Below are positions 19,490 through 28,972 of a DNA stretch of 64,000 nucleotides, piece by piece. A program made the translations under genes and the position numbers. The DNA comes from a virus. Position 1 is the stretch's first letter. Each line of letters starts with the position of its first letter. The stretch lies in the IMG/VR virus record IMGVR_UViG_3300035101_000063; one strand, written 5' to 3'. The notes under the pieces were generated by a model, which saw nothing but the letters and a program-made list of their open reading frames with translations, made no database searches and was not told the origin of the DNA.

Positions 19490-21244
19490 CTTTTCAACCA
19501 AAAGTTTTATTCTCGAAGCTATTCTTTGTGAAGCAACATATTCCTCTTGTTCATCTTCAGGTTCATCCCCCATCAATCCTAAAAATTGTCCTTTCTTTAC
19601 ACCTAAAACATCTAATATTATTTCATCAAATCCGCTTCGTGAAACACAATAATAAGCAGGAACTTCTTTCACTGTTGAGTCTACACCTATTCTTGCAATT
19701 CTTGTCTCACTTTGCCCGTGAACTGCCGGACTCCAATCTAATTCAGCAAAAACACAACATGTTGCACGATATTGAAGACCATCTATTCCAGATGCAGACC
19801 TCAAACTTAAAATAACAACATCATTTTCACCATTAACAAATTTACGTATTGCCCTATCTTTTTGTATTTGCGTCTGTTTTCCAGTTATAAAACTGGGTTC
19901 ATATCTTGCCAATGTCTCACGAAGAATATTATGAACAGCATGATGCCAAGCATAAATAAGTGGTTTCTCTCCTGCTTCTATCAATGAAGCCACAAACTCA
20001 GCTACATATTTTGCTTTTGCTATACCTGCAGCTTGTCTTGTTTCTCCCTCTATCTCTCTTGCTAATCTACCTTTCTCAGTAAAAGAAGAAGTAAGCCAAA
20101 CATCAGCTCTCCTTTTAGCTGTTTCAATTAATTGTTCATACAATTCATCATCTTGTTCAAGATCTTGAACTCTTCTTATTACTTTCGGCAAATCAGGCAT
20201 TACATCATCATATTTACGTCTAAGAAGCAATCCCTCACGCACCATATGACCGTGTAATGCCTTTGGATCCTTTACTATCTTAGACCCATACCCATCACAC
20301 CACTCCCTACCAAATGCCTCCTGTGACCCTAAGCAATTAAAATCAACAGCATTTGTAACTGACCATATCTCTGAACCGTACCCGTAAATTGGAGTTCCTG
20401 ATAACCCATAAACGTGTTCTGCTTCCCCAGACAAAAGAGAAGCAGTAGAATATTTTTTAGTGTCACTATGTCGTAATTCTTGAATTTCATCAAAAATTAC
20501 AGTTTTAAATCTATTTGCCAATAATTCTTCTTCCCACCATGCAATCAATCCATAATGTATTATTGAAAATGGCAATCTTGGAATTCTGTATGATGTCCTT
20601 CCCTTTAATATAGGTGCTAAAGATTTTCCTCTTTTTATTGATATATCAAAATCAGTATCAAAAAGACTCTTCTGATATCCACTACCCATATCAAAAAGAG
20701 ATCCTATAGCTCTTTGCCATTGTAATTGAACATGTGCCTGACATACTACTAAACACGGATACATCTTAGATTGAGCTACTGCACCAAGAGCACTCCATGT
20801 TTTACCCAATCCCATGCTGTCTCCTAATAAAACTCTTTTATTTGATGTCATAAAAGTAACAGCTTCTTCTTGATATGGATATAACTTCCCTAAAAACTCA
20901 GATGGTGGAGTGGTTGGCTTTAAATTATTTCCAGTTGCTAATCCAAACCATCTGTCAACCGCAGTGTCTCTTGCTTTATCTAAGTATTCCTTGCAATGCA
21001 CATTCAACGGAAATCTCATCATCATCCAATTAAGATCTGAAACTTCTCTAGATGACCTTCCAAATGATAATTTCCCTGTTTTTCTATATCCTCCTACTTG
21101 AGCACCAGGAAAGACACGCTTTGCAAATTCCATCATGACAGGTTCGCCAGACAGAATAAACCTTCCCTTTCTATAATAAAGATCTCCATATTTATAACCA
21201 ATATTTGTCGGTTCTTTTAAGTAATCAGGAAATTCATCTGCCAT
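19475..21244 (-). CDS. SNF2/DEAD-like superfamily 2 helicase
   Basis: Motif I LGDSMGLGKT, motif II VIFDEIQ, and a C-terminal helicase domain (SLRSASGIDGLQ). Confidence 0.75.
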   Translation of the reverse strand: MADEFPDYLKEPTNIGYKYGDLYYRKGRFILSGEPVMMEFAKRVFPGAQVGGYRKTGKLSFGRSSREVSDLNWMMMRFPLNVHCKEYLDKARDTAVDRWFGLATGNNLKPTTPPSEFLGKLYPYQEEAVTFMTSNKRVLLGDSMGLGKTWSALGAVAQSKMYPCLVVCQAHVQLQWQRAIGSLFDMGSGYQKSLFDTDFDISIKRGKSLAPILKGRTSYRIPRLPFSIIHYGLIAWWEEELLANRFKTVIFDEIQELRHSDTKKYSTASLLSGEAEHVYGLSGTPIYGYGSEIWSVTNAVDFNCLGSQEAFGREWCDGYGSKIVKDPKALHGHMVREGLLLRRKYDDVMPDLPKVIRRVQDLEQDDELYEQLIETAKRRADVWLTSSFTEKGRLAREIEGETRQAAGIAKAKYVAEFVASLIEAGEKPLIYAWHHAVHNILRETLARYEPSFITGKQTQIQKDRAIRKFVNGENDVVILSLRSASGIDGLQYRATCCVFAELDWSPAVHGQSETRIARIGVDSTVKEVPAYYCVSRSGFDEIILDVLGVKKGQFLGLMGDEPEDEQEEYVASQRIASRIKLLVEKLTNG

Positions 21245-21400
21245 ATTATACCAACGGTCCCTTTTCTACTTTACACAAATACACGTTTGACCAATTCTGC
21301 TTGAAATGTTCATACAATCTTTCAGCTTCACTATTCTCTTCACATGGATAAAACTCTGGTACCCTATCATCAACTTTCAAAATAACAATCCAATTAATTT

Positions 21401-21778
21401 TCATTTCCAAATGTCTTTTAATTCTCTAATCTCTTCTCTTATATCTCTTATAGCGTCAAATATAGCATCTACATTACCAAGCAATTCAGAAACTCCATCA
21501 AAAGTTGTCTCTGCTAATCCACGCTCATAAGCCTCAACTTTTTCTATTGTATCCTCCCAACCACTACTCTCTTTTTCCTTTATTTTCTCGTATCGTCTTC
21601 TACATGCTGCACCTGTGACACAAATATCAGGCAACAATCTTCCAGCAATAGCATCCCATGCATTAGCTTCACTATAAGTTTTACCTTGTTCCTTATAGTG
21701 GTCAAAAATAGGCTGACAATCTCTTATAGCTACCTTCAACTTACTATCATCTTCTTCTGTCCAATTATGAAACTTCAT
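21401..21778 (-). CDS. hypothetical protein
   Basis: ATG at 21778. The palindrome lies 15 nt upstream. Confidence 0.45.
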   Translation of the reverse strand: MKFHNWTEEDDSKLKVAIRDCQPIFDHYKEQGKTYSEANAWDAIAGRLLPDICVTGAACRRRYEKIKEKESSGWEDTIEKVEAYERGLAETTFDGVSELLGNVDAIFDAIRDIREEIRELKDIWK

Positions 21779-21793
21779 CTTCTCAACCTTTCT

Positions 21794-21809
21794 GCGAACT
21801 CGAGTTCGC
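21794..21809. repeat. 16-bp palindrome (copy 4)
   Basis: Exact match, 15 nt upstream of the ATG at 21778. Confidence 0.95.
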
Positions 21810-21928
21810 TCTATCCTTCATCCGTTTCAATATTGTCTTCATCTTTTTATCCAATTCATCTAAACATCTTTTACATAAAACTTTTGATGGGTCATGAACC
21901 GGCTCATTACACCCATTAACACACATAT

Positions 21929-22312
21929 TCATAAAGCTACTCCCCAATTCGATGATAATGAAACATACCCAATCGGTTTACCATTTGCTTCTGTTATATG
22001 ACTAAATAATCCCCTCTCAGATACAAGAATTACAGCCGTTACTTTATCACTACTCGCATATCTTTGAATTTGCATTGATACAGATCTTGTATTTGGCTTG
22101 CCCTTTTTTACTTCTATAGCAATCCCATCTTCTGTCAAAAGGTCTACTCTGCATCCTTTAGATAAAAAAACTTCTTTTGAATATTTAATACCAAATTCTT
22201 TAAATTTTTCTTCAATCAAAAATACCACTTCTGATTCAAGAGATACTATTCCCGTTTTTATCGTTTTCAATATTGATAGGATGTTTTCTACAGACATCAG
22301 CAAACCAATCAT
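21929..22312 (-). CDS. putative PD-(D/E)xK-family nuclease
   Basis: RVDLLTEDGIAIEVKKG fits a D...E-x-K core. The N-terminus may start later, because it overlaps the next ORF. Confidence 0.4.
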   Translation of the reverse strand: MIGLLMSVENILSILKTIKTGIVSLESEVVFLIEEKFKEFGIKYSKEVFLSKGCRVDLLTEDGIAIEVKKGKPNTRSVSMQIQRYASSDKVTAVILVSERGLFSHITEANGKPIGYVSLSSNWGVAL

Positions 22313-22427
22313 TCAACTTTTCAATTTTATCACCTAAACAATGCAACCTTGCATCCAAACCTGTCCATACAATATAACATCCTCTGTCTAAATCCCAAAT
22401 ACCATTTTTATCTATTTTCAATAACAT
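22236..22427 (-). CDS. small hypothetical protein
   Basis: Starts right after the upstream stop, but overlaps 21929..22312 by 77 nt. One of the two annotations may be wrong. Confidence 0.25.
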   Translation of the reverse strand: MLLKIDKNGIWDLDRGCYIVWTGLDARLHCLGDKIEKLNDWFADVCRKHPINIENDKNGNSIS

Positions 22428-22429
22428 AT

Positions 22430-22645
22430 TTAAATTTCTTCTTGAATAACATTCAACTCAGAATAATTATCTAATTCATGAATAGTACCACAATTTTTAC
22501 ACTTCAAAAATACACGAGTTGATTTCATTCTAGCACCTTTTTGACCAAGCAAAATATCATGTTCAAATTCATCATCTTTTCCACAATTACCACATATAAT
22601 ATGCAATTTAGCAACAACCATCTTAACTATCTCCTTATAACTCAA
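22430..22645 (-). CDS. zinc-ribbon protein
   Basis: CGNCG ... CKNCG. Confidence 0.4.
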   Translation of the reverse strand: MSYKEIVKMVVAKLHIICGNCGKDDEFEHDILLGQKGARMKSTRVFLKCKNCGTIHELDNYSELNVIQEEI

Positions 22646-22937
22646 AAGCCAATGGCCCTACTTTCATCTTCCTCAAATGTCCATCCTTATTCAAAAAACA
22701 TGGTCTTGCATCTAAATGATAACCTTCATCAAAATCAACCAACGTTGCACTAATCCATAATCCAACATTTAAAATTTTCATCCTAGATTCTCTATCTGTT
22801 GTAAGGTAACCAAGCCCATTTAATCTTTCATAAGCCTCCTCATCCGTTAATATTGGTGCAGTCTTTTTCCATTCTTTAAGTTCCTTACACATAATTAACG
22901 CCCATTCATAATAAGTCATATTACGAAACCAAGTCAT
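22635..22937 (-). CDS. hypothetical protein
   Basis: Tiled ORF. Confidence 0.4.
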   Translation of the reverse strand: MTWFRNMTYYEWALIMCKELKEWKKTAPILTDEEAYERLNGLGYLTTDRESRMKILNVGLWISATLVDFDEGYHLDARPCFLNKDGHLRKMKVGPLAFEL

Positions 22938-22940
22938 AAT

Positions 22941-23222
22941 TCACCTATTCCTATAAAATAATAATAATAATGCTAACAATGACAAACATAATCCAATTAA
23001 TGGGAAAACATTACCTATTATTCTTAAAATATTAGTAGGAACCCAAAAAGGCAAAGATACCAAAGATAAAAATATTACTGCTAAAATAAACCAATATTTA
23101 TTAGCTAAACCTTTACATGATTTTACCTCAAAATTTTTTTCAATTTTATTATACCATTTTTTTCTTTCACAAAGCCATTTTTCCCTTTCACGTTTTATCA
23201 TTTCATCATATTTATCAAACAT
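22941..23222 (-). CDS. small membrane protein
   Basis: Two hydrophobic helices (WFILAVIFLSLVSLPFWV and LIGLCLSLLALLLLF). Confidence 0.45.
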   Translation of the reverse strand: MFDKYDEMIKREREKWLCERKKWYNKIEKNFEVKSCKGLANKYWFILAVIFLSLVSLPFWVPTNILRIIGNVFPLIGLCLSLLALLLLFYRNR

Positions 23223-23224
23223 TA

Positions 23225-23491
23225 TTACTCACTCAATTTTCTCATAATATCATCAAAATCATCTTCTGAAATACTATATTTCCCTATCTCTAACCCTGTC
23301 AATTCTGTACCAGTTATTCCTATCATAGATGCAGCTCTTCTCAATGTAATACCACTTGCTCTTCTTTTACAACGTATAGCATCACCTTGTGAGGTGTTCT
23401 CCCATTGAGGAATTGGTACTGTTACCATCTTTCCACCAATAAAAAAATCCCCTTCCTTATGCCCTATTGATTTGTTCTCCTCAAATTTCAT
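23225..23491 (-). CDS. HTH (XRE-like) DNA-binding protein
   Basis: ITLRRAASMIGITGTELTGLEIGK is helix-turn-helix-like. Confidence 0.5.
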   Translation of the reverse strand: MKFEENKSIGHKEGDFFIGGKMVTVPIPQWENTSQGDAIRCKRRASGITLRRAASMIGITGTELTGLEIGKYSISEDDFDDIMRKLSE

Positions 23492-23729
23492 TGCTGTTTC
23501 TCCGTTTCTCCGCTAATGAATACTTCCTTGAATCCAAAAGATTCCTAGCATCACAACCTAATGCTCTTGCTATCGCATGCACTTTAGGTTTTTTAGGAAT
23601 TTCCTTCCCTTCTTCATAACTCCATAAAACCCATGAAGCTATTTGGGTTTCATTTGCTAATTCATCAAGACTTATATTTTTGCTAATGCGGATAGCATTT
23701 AGATGCCTACCAAATTCATTATTTTTCAT
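23481..23729 (-). CDS. XRE-family HTH transcriptional regulator
   Basis: LNAIRISKNISLDELANETQIASWVLWSYEEGKEIP is a typical Cro/CI-type HTH. Confidence 0.6.
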   Translation of the reverse strand: MKNNEFGRHLNAIRISKNISLDELANETQIASWVLWSYEEGKEIPKKPKVHAIARALGCDARNLLDSRKYSLAEKRRNSNEI

Positions 23730-23958
23730 TATTAATCACCTCCAAAAGCAGGTTACTTTGCTCCATTCTAAAAAGAATCGCATCAACCGGATTTGGTGGA
23801 GAAATATCAACAGTCAAATTCTCATATTGTTCAATCTTGTCCACCAAGTCACAACGTTCTTCCCAGTTCTCTTCACCTGGCTTTGATGTCCAAATTTCAT
23901 CGAGACGATTAAAAGCTTTTTTTAGATCAGCATCATTTTTTATCTTCACGGTACTCAT
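23719..23958 (-). CDS. hypothetical protein
   Basis: Tiled ORF. Confidence 0.4.
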   Translation of the reverse strand: MSTVKIKNDADLKKAFNRLDEIWTSKPGEENWEERCDLVDKIEQYENLTVDISPPNPVDAILFRMEQSNLLLEVINNEK

Positions 23959-23982
23959 TTAATTGCTATTCCAATAATTACT

Positions 23983-24195
23983 TTAACCAACATCATCACT
24001 CAATAAAATATCACAACCACGGTCACTCTTATTTAATGTCCATAATTGTCTACATGGATTTGATATATTTCCTCTACCAATCCATACTTCATAATCATCA
24101 CCAGTATAACTATCTTTTTCTGGTAAATCTTTTACAAAATCCTTCAACTCTTTAATAGTAATAACTTCACCACTTACTTTTATAATAGGTTTCAT
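23983..24195 (-). CDS. hypothetical protein
   Basis: Tiled ORF. Confidence 0.4.
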   Translation of the reverse strand: MKPIIKVSGEVITIKELKDFVKDLPEKDSYTGDDYEVWIGRGNISNPCRQLWTLNKSDRGCDILLSDDVG

Positions 24196-24201
24196 ATTAT
24201 C

Positions 24202-24405
24202 TCAACTTGCATCATCAAAATGATTATAATTTACATCTACCGTTGGCCACTCAATCTTCTTATGATGATATCCACACCTAGTACACTTCCACTCCTCGAC
24301 TATAGAAACATCACGATCCATTTTGCAACCAACACACATACAAATAATTCTACCAAAAAAATTCTTTATTCTATTCAACATTTTCATACCTCCAATTATC
24401 ATCAA
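24202..24405 (-). CDS. zinc-ribbon protein
   Basis: CMCVGC ... CTRCG. Confidence 0.35.
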   Translation of the reverse strand: MMIIGGMKMLNRIKNFFGRIICMCVGCKMDRDVSIVEEWKCTRCGYHHKKIEWPTVDVNYNHFDDAS

Positions 24406-24856
24406 CTATCTGTTGCATAGCCAAATGCATATTAATAAATTGTGGTTTCCTCCCTCTTCCTAATCCCTCTCTATATGCAATCTGCCAACCAATATTTTCT
24501 TTATACCAATCCCAAAAAGAATCATCATTGCTAAGGTCTAAAACATATAAAAATTCATCAGAATAAAATTTCCCATCAAAACCTGTCCTGTTCAACAATA
24601 TTAACGTATCACCTTCAACAACAATCAAACCTTTTTCTTTCATAGAATCAACAAGACATTTTCTGTAATTTAAAATTACTGGCCCCTGCTTTATTGCAAT
24701 AAAATCTTTATGAGTTACTGTTTCACTACACTCAAGCAATGATTTCAAATCAAGATAAAAAAGAATTTTATTAAGCTTAATCACATCAAGGTGTCTATCA
24801 GAAACAGATGCAAGTATTCTAACAGCTGCATCTATTAAATATTTATCATCTACCAT
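24371..24856 (-). CDS. Panacea-domain (DUF4065, SocA/PanA-like) protein, a possible antitoxin
   Basis: IKLNKILFYLDLK...FIAIKQGPVILNY fits the KLxKLLY...GPV motif of the Panacea domain. Confidence 0.5.
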   Translation of the reverse strand: MVDDKYLIDAAVRILASVSDRHLDVIKLNKILFYLDLKSLLECSETVTHKDFIAIKQGPVILNYRKCLVDSMKEKGLIVVEGDTLILLNRTGFDGKFYSDEFLYVLDLSNDDSFWDWYKENIGWQIAYREGLGRGRKPQFINMHLAMQQIVDDNWRYENVE

Positions 24857-25050
24857 GGTCTTATTTTTTCATGAATTCTATCCAGCGTTTCACGCTGTTT
24901 CCTGGATAAATCACGTCCCATATCCAATCGTTCACCAATTGAATCAATAAAATCAATCTCCCATTCTGTTAAACTAATCTTTCCTTCTTCTCTTGCTTTA
25001 TCAATATCATTATAAAATTGTTCATTTGTTTCCATTAATAAACTCCCCAA
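24850..25050 (-). CDS. small protein overlapping the Panacea-gene start (candidate partner)
   Basis: 7-nt overlap with the downstream Panacea-domain gene. Confidence 0.35.
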   Translation of the reverse strand: MGSLLMETNEQFYNDIDKAREEGKISLTEWEIDFIDSIGERLDMGRDLSRKQRETLDRIHEKIRPW

Positions 25051-25121
25051 AAATAATCATAGATCTGCTCTAATTTATTACGTTGTTTCCTTGTCAAACC
25101 ACCATAATATGACACTCCTAT

Positions 25122-25367
25122 TTAAAATACCAATTCCATCTGATTTCCGTCTCTTAATAATAATATAACTTGTCCATCTTCTTTTCGAATCCGCATTATT
25201 GTCTCATATAAAGCAAGCGATTTTCTAATAACATCAGTCTTAGAACTTGAATCACTTTCCACAACTAATTTGTTCAATCTTTTCATTACTTGATCTGTAA
25301 GTTCAATATTTAGCCTATATTTATTATTAGACATTTTCATTCCAATTTCCCAAGTTGATGCCCACAA
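25122..25367 (-). CDS. small DNA-binding-like protein (possibly ribbon-helix-helix)
   Basis: KTDVIRKSLALYE resembles RHH antitoxins or repressors. This is a weak call. Confidence 0.4.
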   Translation of the reverse strand: MWASTWEIGMKMSNNKYRLNIELTDQVMKRLNKLVVESDSSSKTDVIRKSLALYETIMRIRKEDGQVILLLRDGNQMELVF

Positions 25368-25783
25368 ATTGCATTTGCAACTACTAACGAATAATCAGAC
25401 ATTACTATTACCACTTCTCTACACATGTCTACATCAAACATTCCTATATGACATTCCTCAGCAGGTATTCCTAACTTCTTAGCAAGCCATGCATAAGCCT
25501 CTTTACGCTTCATACTTTTCTCTTTCCAAATAGGGTCAAATGCCAAATGAGCTTTCATCTTCGCTTCTCTCAACTCTTTATTAGCAAGTCTACCTAATGG
25601 TTCATCACCAACACGCCCATATCTCTTATTTCGGTCATGACACCCAACCCAAGCATTACAAGGCTCACAAACCCAAAACTTTTTACCATCCCAAGAACCC
25701 CTACCCAAATATATTTCTCTGCCAGTTTTTAATTCAGCCTTCTTTCCACAATATGGACAAATCACAATCTTATTACCCATCAC
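25337..25783 (-). CDS. zinc-ribbon-domain protein
   Basis: CPYCGKK ... CEPC. It is the first gene after a sigmaA promoter plus palindrome. Confidence 0.5.
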   Translation of the reverse strand: MMGNKIVICPYCGKKAELKTGREIYLGRGSWDGKKFWVCEPCNAWVGCHDRNKRYGRVGDEPLGRLANKELREAKMKAHLAFDPIWKEKSMKRKEAYAWLAKKLGIPAEECHIGMFDVDMCREVVIVMSDYSLVVANAICGHQLGKLE

Positions 25784-25816
25784 AACTCCATTGATATCTA
25801 TACCAATATCATTTCA

Positions 25817-25845
25817 TACTTATCACTTAATTAATATTTTGTCAA
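25817..25845 (-). promoter_or_regulatory. sigmaA-type promoter: TTGACA, 17-nt spacer, TAAGTA
   Basis: The -35 is at 25845-25840. The palindrome lies just upstream. Confidence 0.45.
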
Positions 25846-25853
25846 CAATCATA

Positions 25854-25869
25854 ACGAAATCGAGTTCGC
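25854..25869. repeat. 16-bp palindrome (copy 5; 14/16, ACGAAATCGAGTTCGC)
   Basis: Lies 9 nt upstream of a TTGACA -35 hexamer. Confidence 0.8.
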
Positions 25870-25915
25870 AATTAATTCTCTTTAATAACACTAATATTTC
25901 ACGTGAAACATTATA

Positions 25916-26896
25916 TCAATGACAACTAACAAACTGCTTGTCACACCATTTCTTTACTTCAATAATAGTGAAATTTCCAATTTCCAACCTTCTAGGCTTC
26001 TTTGGCAAACAACATTCACCCTCTATAATAGAAATCATTTCTTCAATCAAATCTGTAGCCATATTATCAACCTCAGATAACTTAAACTTGCCTTTCTTTA
26101 TATCAAGAATCAAATCTCTATATCCTAATGGAAATTTAAGTACACCAGTCTTACCAAGCTCTATGCCTTGCTTTAAAATCTGAATCAAATTCGATGCAAA
26201 TTTCACATCATATCCAAATCTTTCCCAATTATCAGCTCTTGAACTAGCCCTTTCTAATCTACCATTAATCATCGATACAACTTTTCCTACTTGAAGTCCC
26301 CTTTCACAATGCAAATCAGCAACAACAACATGCTTACCAGGCCCCTTATCAATAAACACTCTAGCCAATGGATTACATTTTGATCTTATTACATCAACAA
26401 GAATAGCTTTTTGATTACATCCAGATAAAAAATCCAACGCTTTGTTTAAATAAGAATAATTATCTGGCTTAATAGTCATTTTCTGCAATTGAGATTGAGC
26501 ATATCCATAATACCTTCTTAACCCATCTCTATATGGAAAATACTCTGCCATTCCCCTCAATCGCTCTCCAAATTCGTCTTGAAAAATAACATTTTCATCA
26601 TTTGAAAAAACAATATTCAAAATATTAGGATTATTCTGAATAGCTAATCGCATAAATGTCCTGTATTCTCTCAATTTAAAATCTATAGCATCAGATGTAT
26701 TCCGACCCTTTTCATCCTTTGATGCTTCACTTAAATCAACCTCCTTGCATTCCCCTAAACCATATAAAACAGATATTGGAGGCATAAAAATACCTTCAAT
26801 ATCTAAATCACTATCTTCTGTATTTGTCCCAAATAAATGAGATCCTACTCTAACCTTCAAGATAGTGTTATCTATCGCTTCTTTACTATAATCCAC
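25916..26896 (-). CDS. Pol-beta-superfamily nucleotidyltransferase (COG3541/RlaP-like)
   Basis: VGSHLFGTNTEDSDLDIEGIF matches GS-x(9-13)-DxD. GTG start with an AGGAGA SD. Confidence 0.65.
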   Translation of the reverse strand: MDYSKEAIDNTILKVRVGSHLFGTNTEDSDLDIEGIFMPPISVLYGLGECKEVDLSEASKDEKGRNTSDAIDFKLREYRTFMRLAIQNNPNILNIVFSNDENVIFQDEFGERLRGMAEYFPYRDGLRRYYGYAQSQLQKMTIKPDNYSYLNKALDFLSGCNQKAILVDVIRSKCNPLARVFIDKGPGKHVVVADLHCERGLQVGKVVSMINGRLERASSRADNWERFGYDVKFASNLIQILKQGIELGKTGVLKFPLGYRDLILDIKKGKFKLSEVDNMATDLIEEMISIIEGECCLPKKPRRLEIGNFTIIEVKKWCDKQFVSCH

Positions 26897-26931
26897 GATT
26901 TGTCTCCTATTTGTGTGGGAAAAAAGTTATT

Positions 26932-27552
26932 TTATTCAGATTTTTTTTTTGAAGATAATGCATCATCTGACTTATTTTTTTTCGGCGACCATGAATCATC
27001 CACATTCAAAATAACTTTTGGAAAAGCCATTGGTTCAGCACTAATAATTGGCATTATTCCACCCGTAACATATGTTTTTCTAAAAACACCATTTATATCA
27101 TGCCAAAACAAATATTCCATTGAATGACCATATGTCCCATCATCTTGAAGAATCTCTGATGTTCTATATTGTGTACCATTAACAACAATAGGAATTCCAT
27201 AATGGTTTATATTACCATGACCATCAGAAATAGCTCCAGCAGCAACAGTATATGGTGTCAATCTTTTACCTGAAGATGTTACTTTCCCCTTCACAGTCGA
27301 ATAAACAAGAACATCTCCTGTATATGCAGAAACAAGATACAAATGCTTTATTGATGTTCCATCACTATCATTTTTCAAACGAGCACCAACATTTTCTTGT
27401 TCAACCGTCAAACCTTTTTCATTCGTTTTTACTTTTACTCTAGCCGCCTTTACCCCAGATTTTGATCGTGGCGCTTTATTTTCTTTTTCACCAAAATCAG
27501 GTATACATCCAACAAAAATCACACACAATCCAACAAAAAACAACCTTTTCAT
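26932..27552 (-). CDS. lipoprotein
   Basis: Signal peptide with a lipobox: MKRLFFVGLCVIFVGC. Confidence 0.6.
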   Translation of the reverse strand: MKRLFFVGLCVIFVGCIPDFGEKENKAPRSKSGVKAARVKVKTNEKGLTVEQENVGARLKNDSDGTSIKHLYLVSAYTGDVLVYSTVKGKVTSSGKRLTPYTVAAGAISDGHGNINHYGIPIVVNGTQYRTSEILQDDGTYGHSMEYLFWHDINGVFRKTYVTGGIMPIISAEPMAFPKVILNVDDSWSPKKNKSDDALSSKKKSE

Positions 27553-27592
27553 AAATCATCATTCCTTTCTTGGTTTACAACCAAATAATTAC

Positions 27593-27775
27593 CTACATTT
27601 CTATTACATTTTCATCTTCTACAATCTCATCAATATTTCTATTCTCTGACAAAAAACTTCTTATTGCATAAACGGAAATGGAAAACATAATCCCCAATAT
27701 AATCAAAACTACCATCAATTCAACAAGCGTAAAACCTCTTTTTGATTCTATGATCTTTCTATTATTTCTCAACAT
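27593..27775 (-). CDS. type IV prepilin/pseudopilin-like protein (ComGC-like N-terminus), 60 aa
   Basis: Class III signal KRG|FTLVELMVVLIILGI with Glu at position +5. Confidence 0.55.
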   Translation of the reverse strand: MLRNNRKIIESKRGFTLVELMVVLIILGIMFSISVYAIRSFLSENRNIDEIVEDENVIEM

Positions 27776-28280
27776 ACGGCTTAAACTCCCTAGGAAGTGG
27801 TTCTGTTGCCCCTTCAGGCAAAGACCCTATCTCTGTAAACCTCCAATTAAACTTGGCCATTTGAGCATTATAACGAGAAGCAGCATCGTTATACGCTCCT
27901 TTTATTCCTGCGAACTCGGCCTTCCACTGAGACATCGTTTGTTTATCAACTCTATCCCATTCATTTCTAGGAACTCCACTGTAATCCTGTTCCATTTGAC
28001 CAATTCTAGTTTCTGTTACTTTGATATTTGCTCTCAACTTATCACAAGTTGCAGCCATATCTTTGAACCATTCATACTTTTTCAATAGTGCTTTTGGACC
28101 AAATTCATCCCTTGCAACCTGGACAGCCTCCTTTGCTGTCCCACAAACCATACCAATTGCTCCAAAAATTACACTCAATAAAAGCACAGTAACAACAATT
28201 TTCGCAAATAATGACCATGGACCTTTTCTTGCAGTTCTCTTCCATCTTTCTTCAGCTCGATCCCATCCGTCTTTTTTCAT
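27762..28280 (-). CDS. single-pass membrane protein
   Basis: N-terminal TM helix IVVTVLLLSVIFGAIGMVCG. Confidence 0.45.
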   Translation of the reverse strand: MKKDGWDRAEERWKRTARKGPWSLFAKIVVTVLLLSVIFGAIGMVCGTAKEAVQVARDEFGPKALLKKYEWFKDMAATCDKLRANIKVTETRIGQMEQDYSGVPRNEWDRVDKQTMSQWKAEFAGIKGAYNDAASRYNAQMAKFNWRFTEIGSLPEGATEPLPREFKPYVEK

Positions 28281-28486
28281 AAATCCATCCTTTCTTCAAA
28301 AAAAATCATGCAATATCTTCTTGCTTCTCTTCTCTCTTTCTTCTTCCAAATCCTCCTTGACCTACTTTTAGACCCCGGTTTTTGATAACATTTACCACCC
28401 GATGATGTATTTAATCCATACAAACATATATCAGCCACATCTGGATGTTCAACATCATTATTCCTAGGCAAACCATATCCCTTCAT
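28277..28486 (-). CDS. small basic protein
   Basis: Tiled ORF with a KKKERREARR stretch. Confidence 0.35.
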   Translation of the reverse strand: MKGYGLPRNNDVEHPDVADICLYGLNTSSGGKCYQKPGSKSRSRRIWKKKERREARRYCMIFFEERMDL

Positions 28487-28495
28487 GGTCTTTCC

Positions 28496-28687
28496 TCAAT
28501 CACTTGCTCTCAATAAAAATGTCTTCAAAATAGCCAAATGCCAATCTTTGAGACATTTATTTGTCCTATTCATTATCAAAACAATTTTTTGCTCTTCTTC
28601 TGTTAAACAAATCTTCCCAGCATCAAACAAAACAACTACTGCTGAACAAATCTCCTTCTGCTTATCAATTATATCTTCACTTCTCAT
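28496..28687 (-). CDS. hypothetical protein
   Basis: ATG at 28687. The palindrome lies 26 nt upstream. Confidence 0.35.
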   Translation of the reverse strand: MRSEDIIDKQKEICSAVVVLFDAGKICLTEEEQKIVLIMNRTNKCLKDWHLAILKTFLLRASD

Positions 28688-28713
28688 ATTTATACCCCCA
28701 ATAAAAAGTTTTT

Positions 28714-28729
28714 GCGAACTCGAGTTCGT
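28714..28729. repeat. 16-bp palindrome (copy 6; 15/16)
   Basis: 26 nt upstream of the ATG at 28687. Confidence 0.9.
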
Positions 28730-28737
28730 TTTATTCC

Positions 28738-28968
28738 TTAGTCAAAACGACGTTCACAAGCCAAATCAAAAAAATCATTTGATGAAAAATCATCATTACA
28801 AATAGAATGCATAACAACATTATTTATATCAATTGCTTTACATTCCTCATGAGTACCATAGTAATATCCAATCTTAGCATTCCCTCCATACCCAGATGAA
28901 TTATCATCATCCTCATAAACTTCGGCACACCACCCACCTTCACCGTATGTAATATTCTTAGTTTTCAT
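28738..28968 (-). CDS. hypothetical protein
   Basis: Tiled ORF. Confidence 0.35.
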   Translation of the reverse strand: MKTKNITYGEGGWCAEVYEDDDNSSGYGGNAKIGYYYGTHEECKAIDINNVVMHSICNDDFSSNDFFDLACERRFD

Positions 28969-28972
28969 CTTC

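Noticed and set aside
27762-28280. Possible LemA-family assignment for the N-terminally anchored protein.
   Set aside because: Only the topology resembles LemA. I could not see the conserved LemA core motif.
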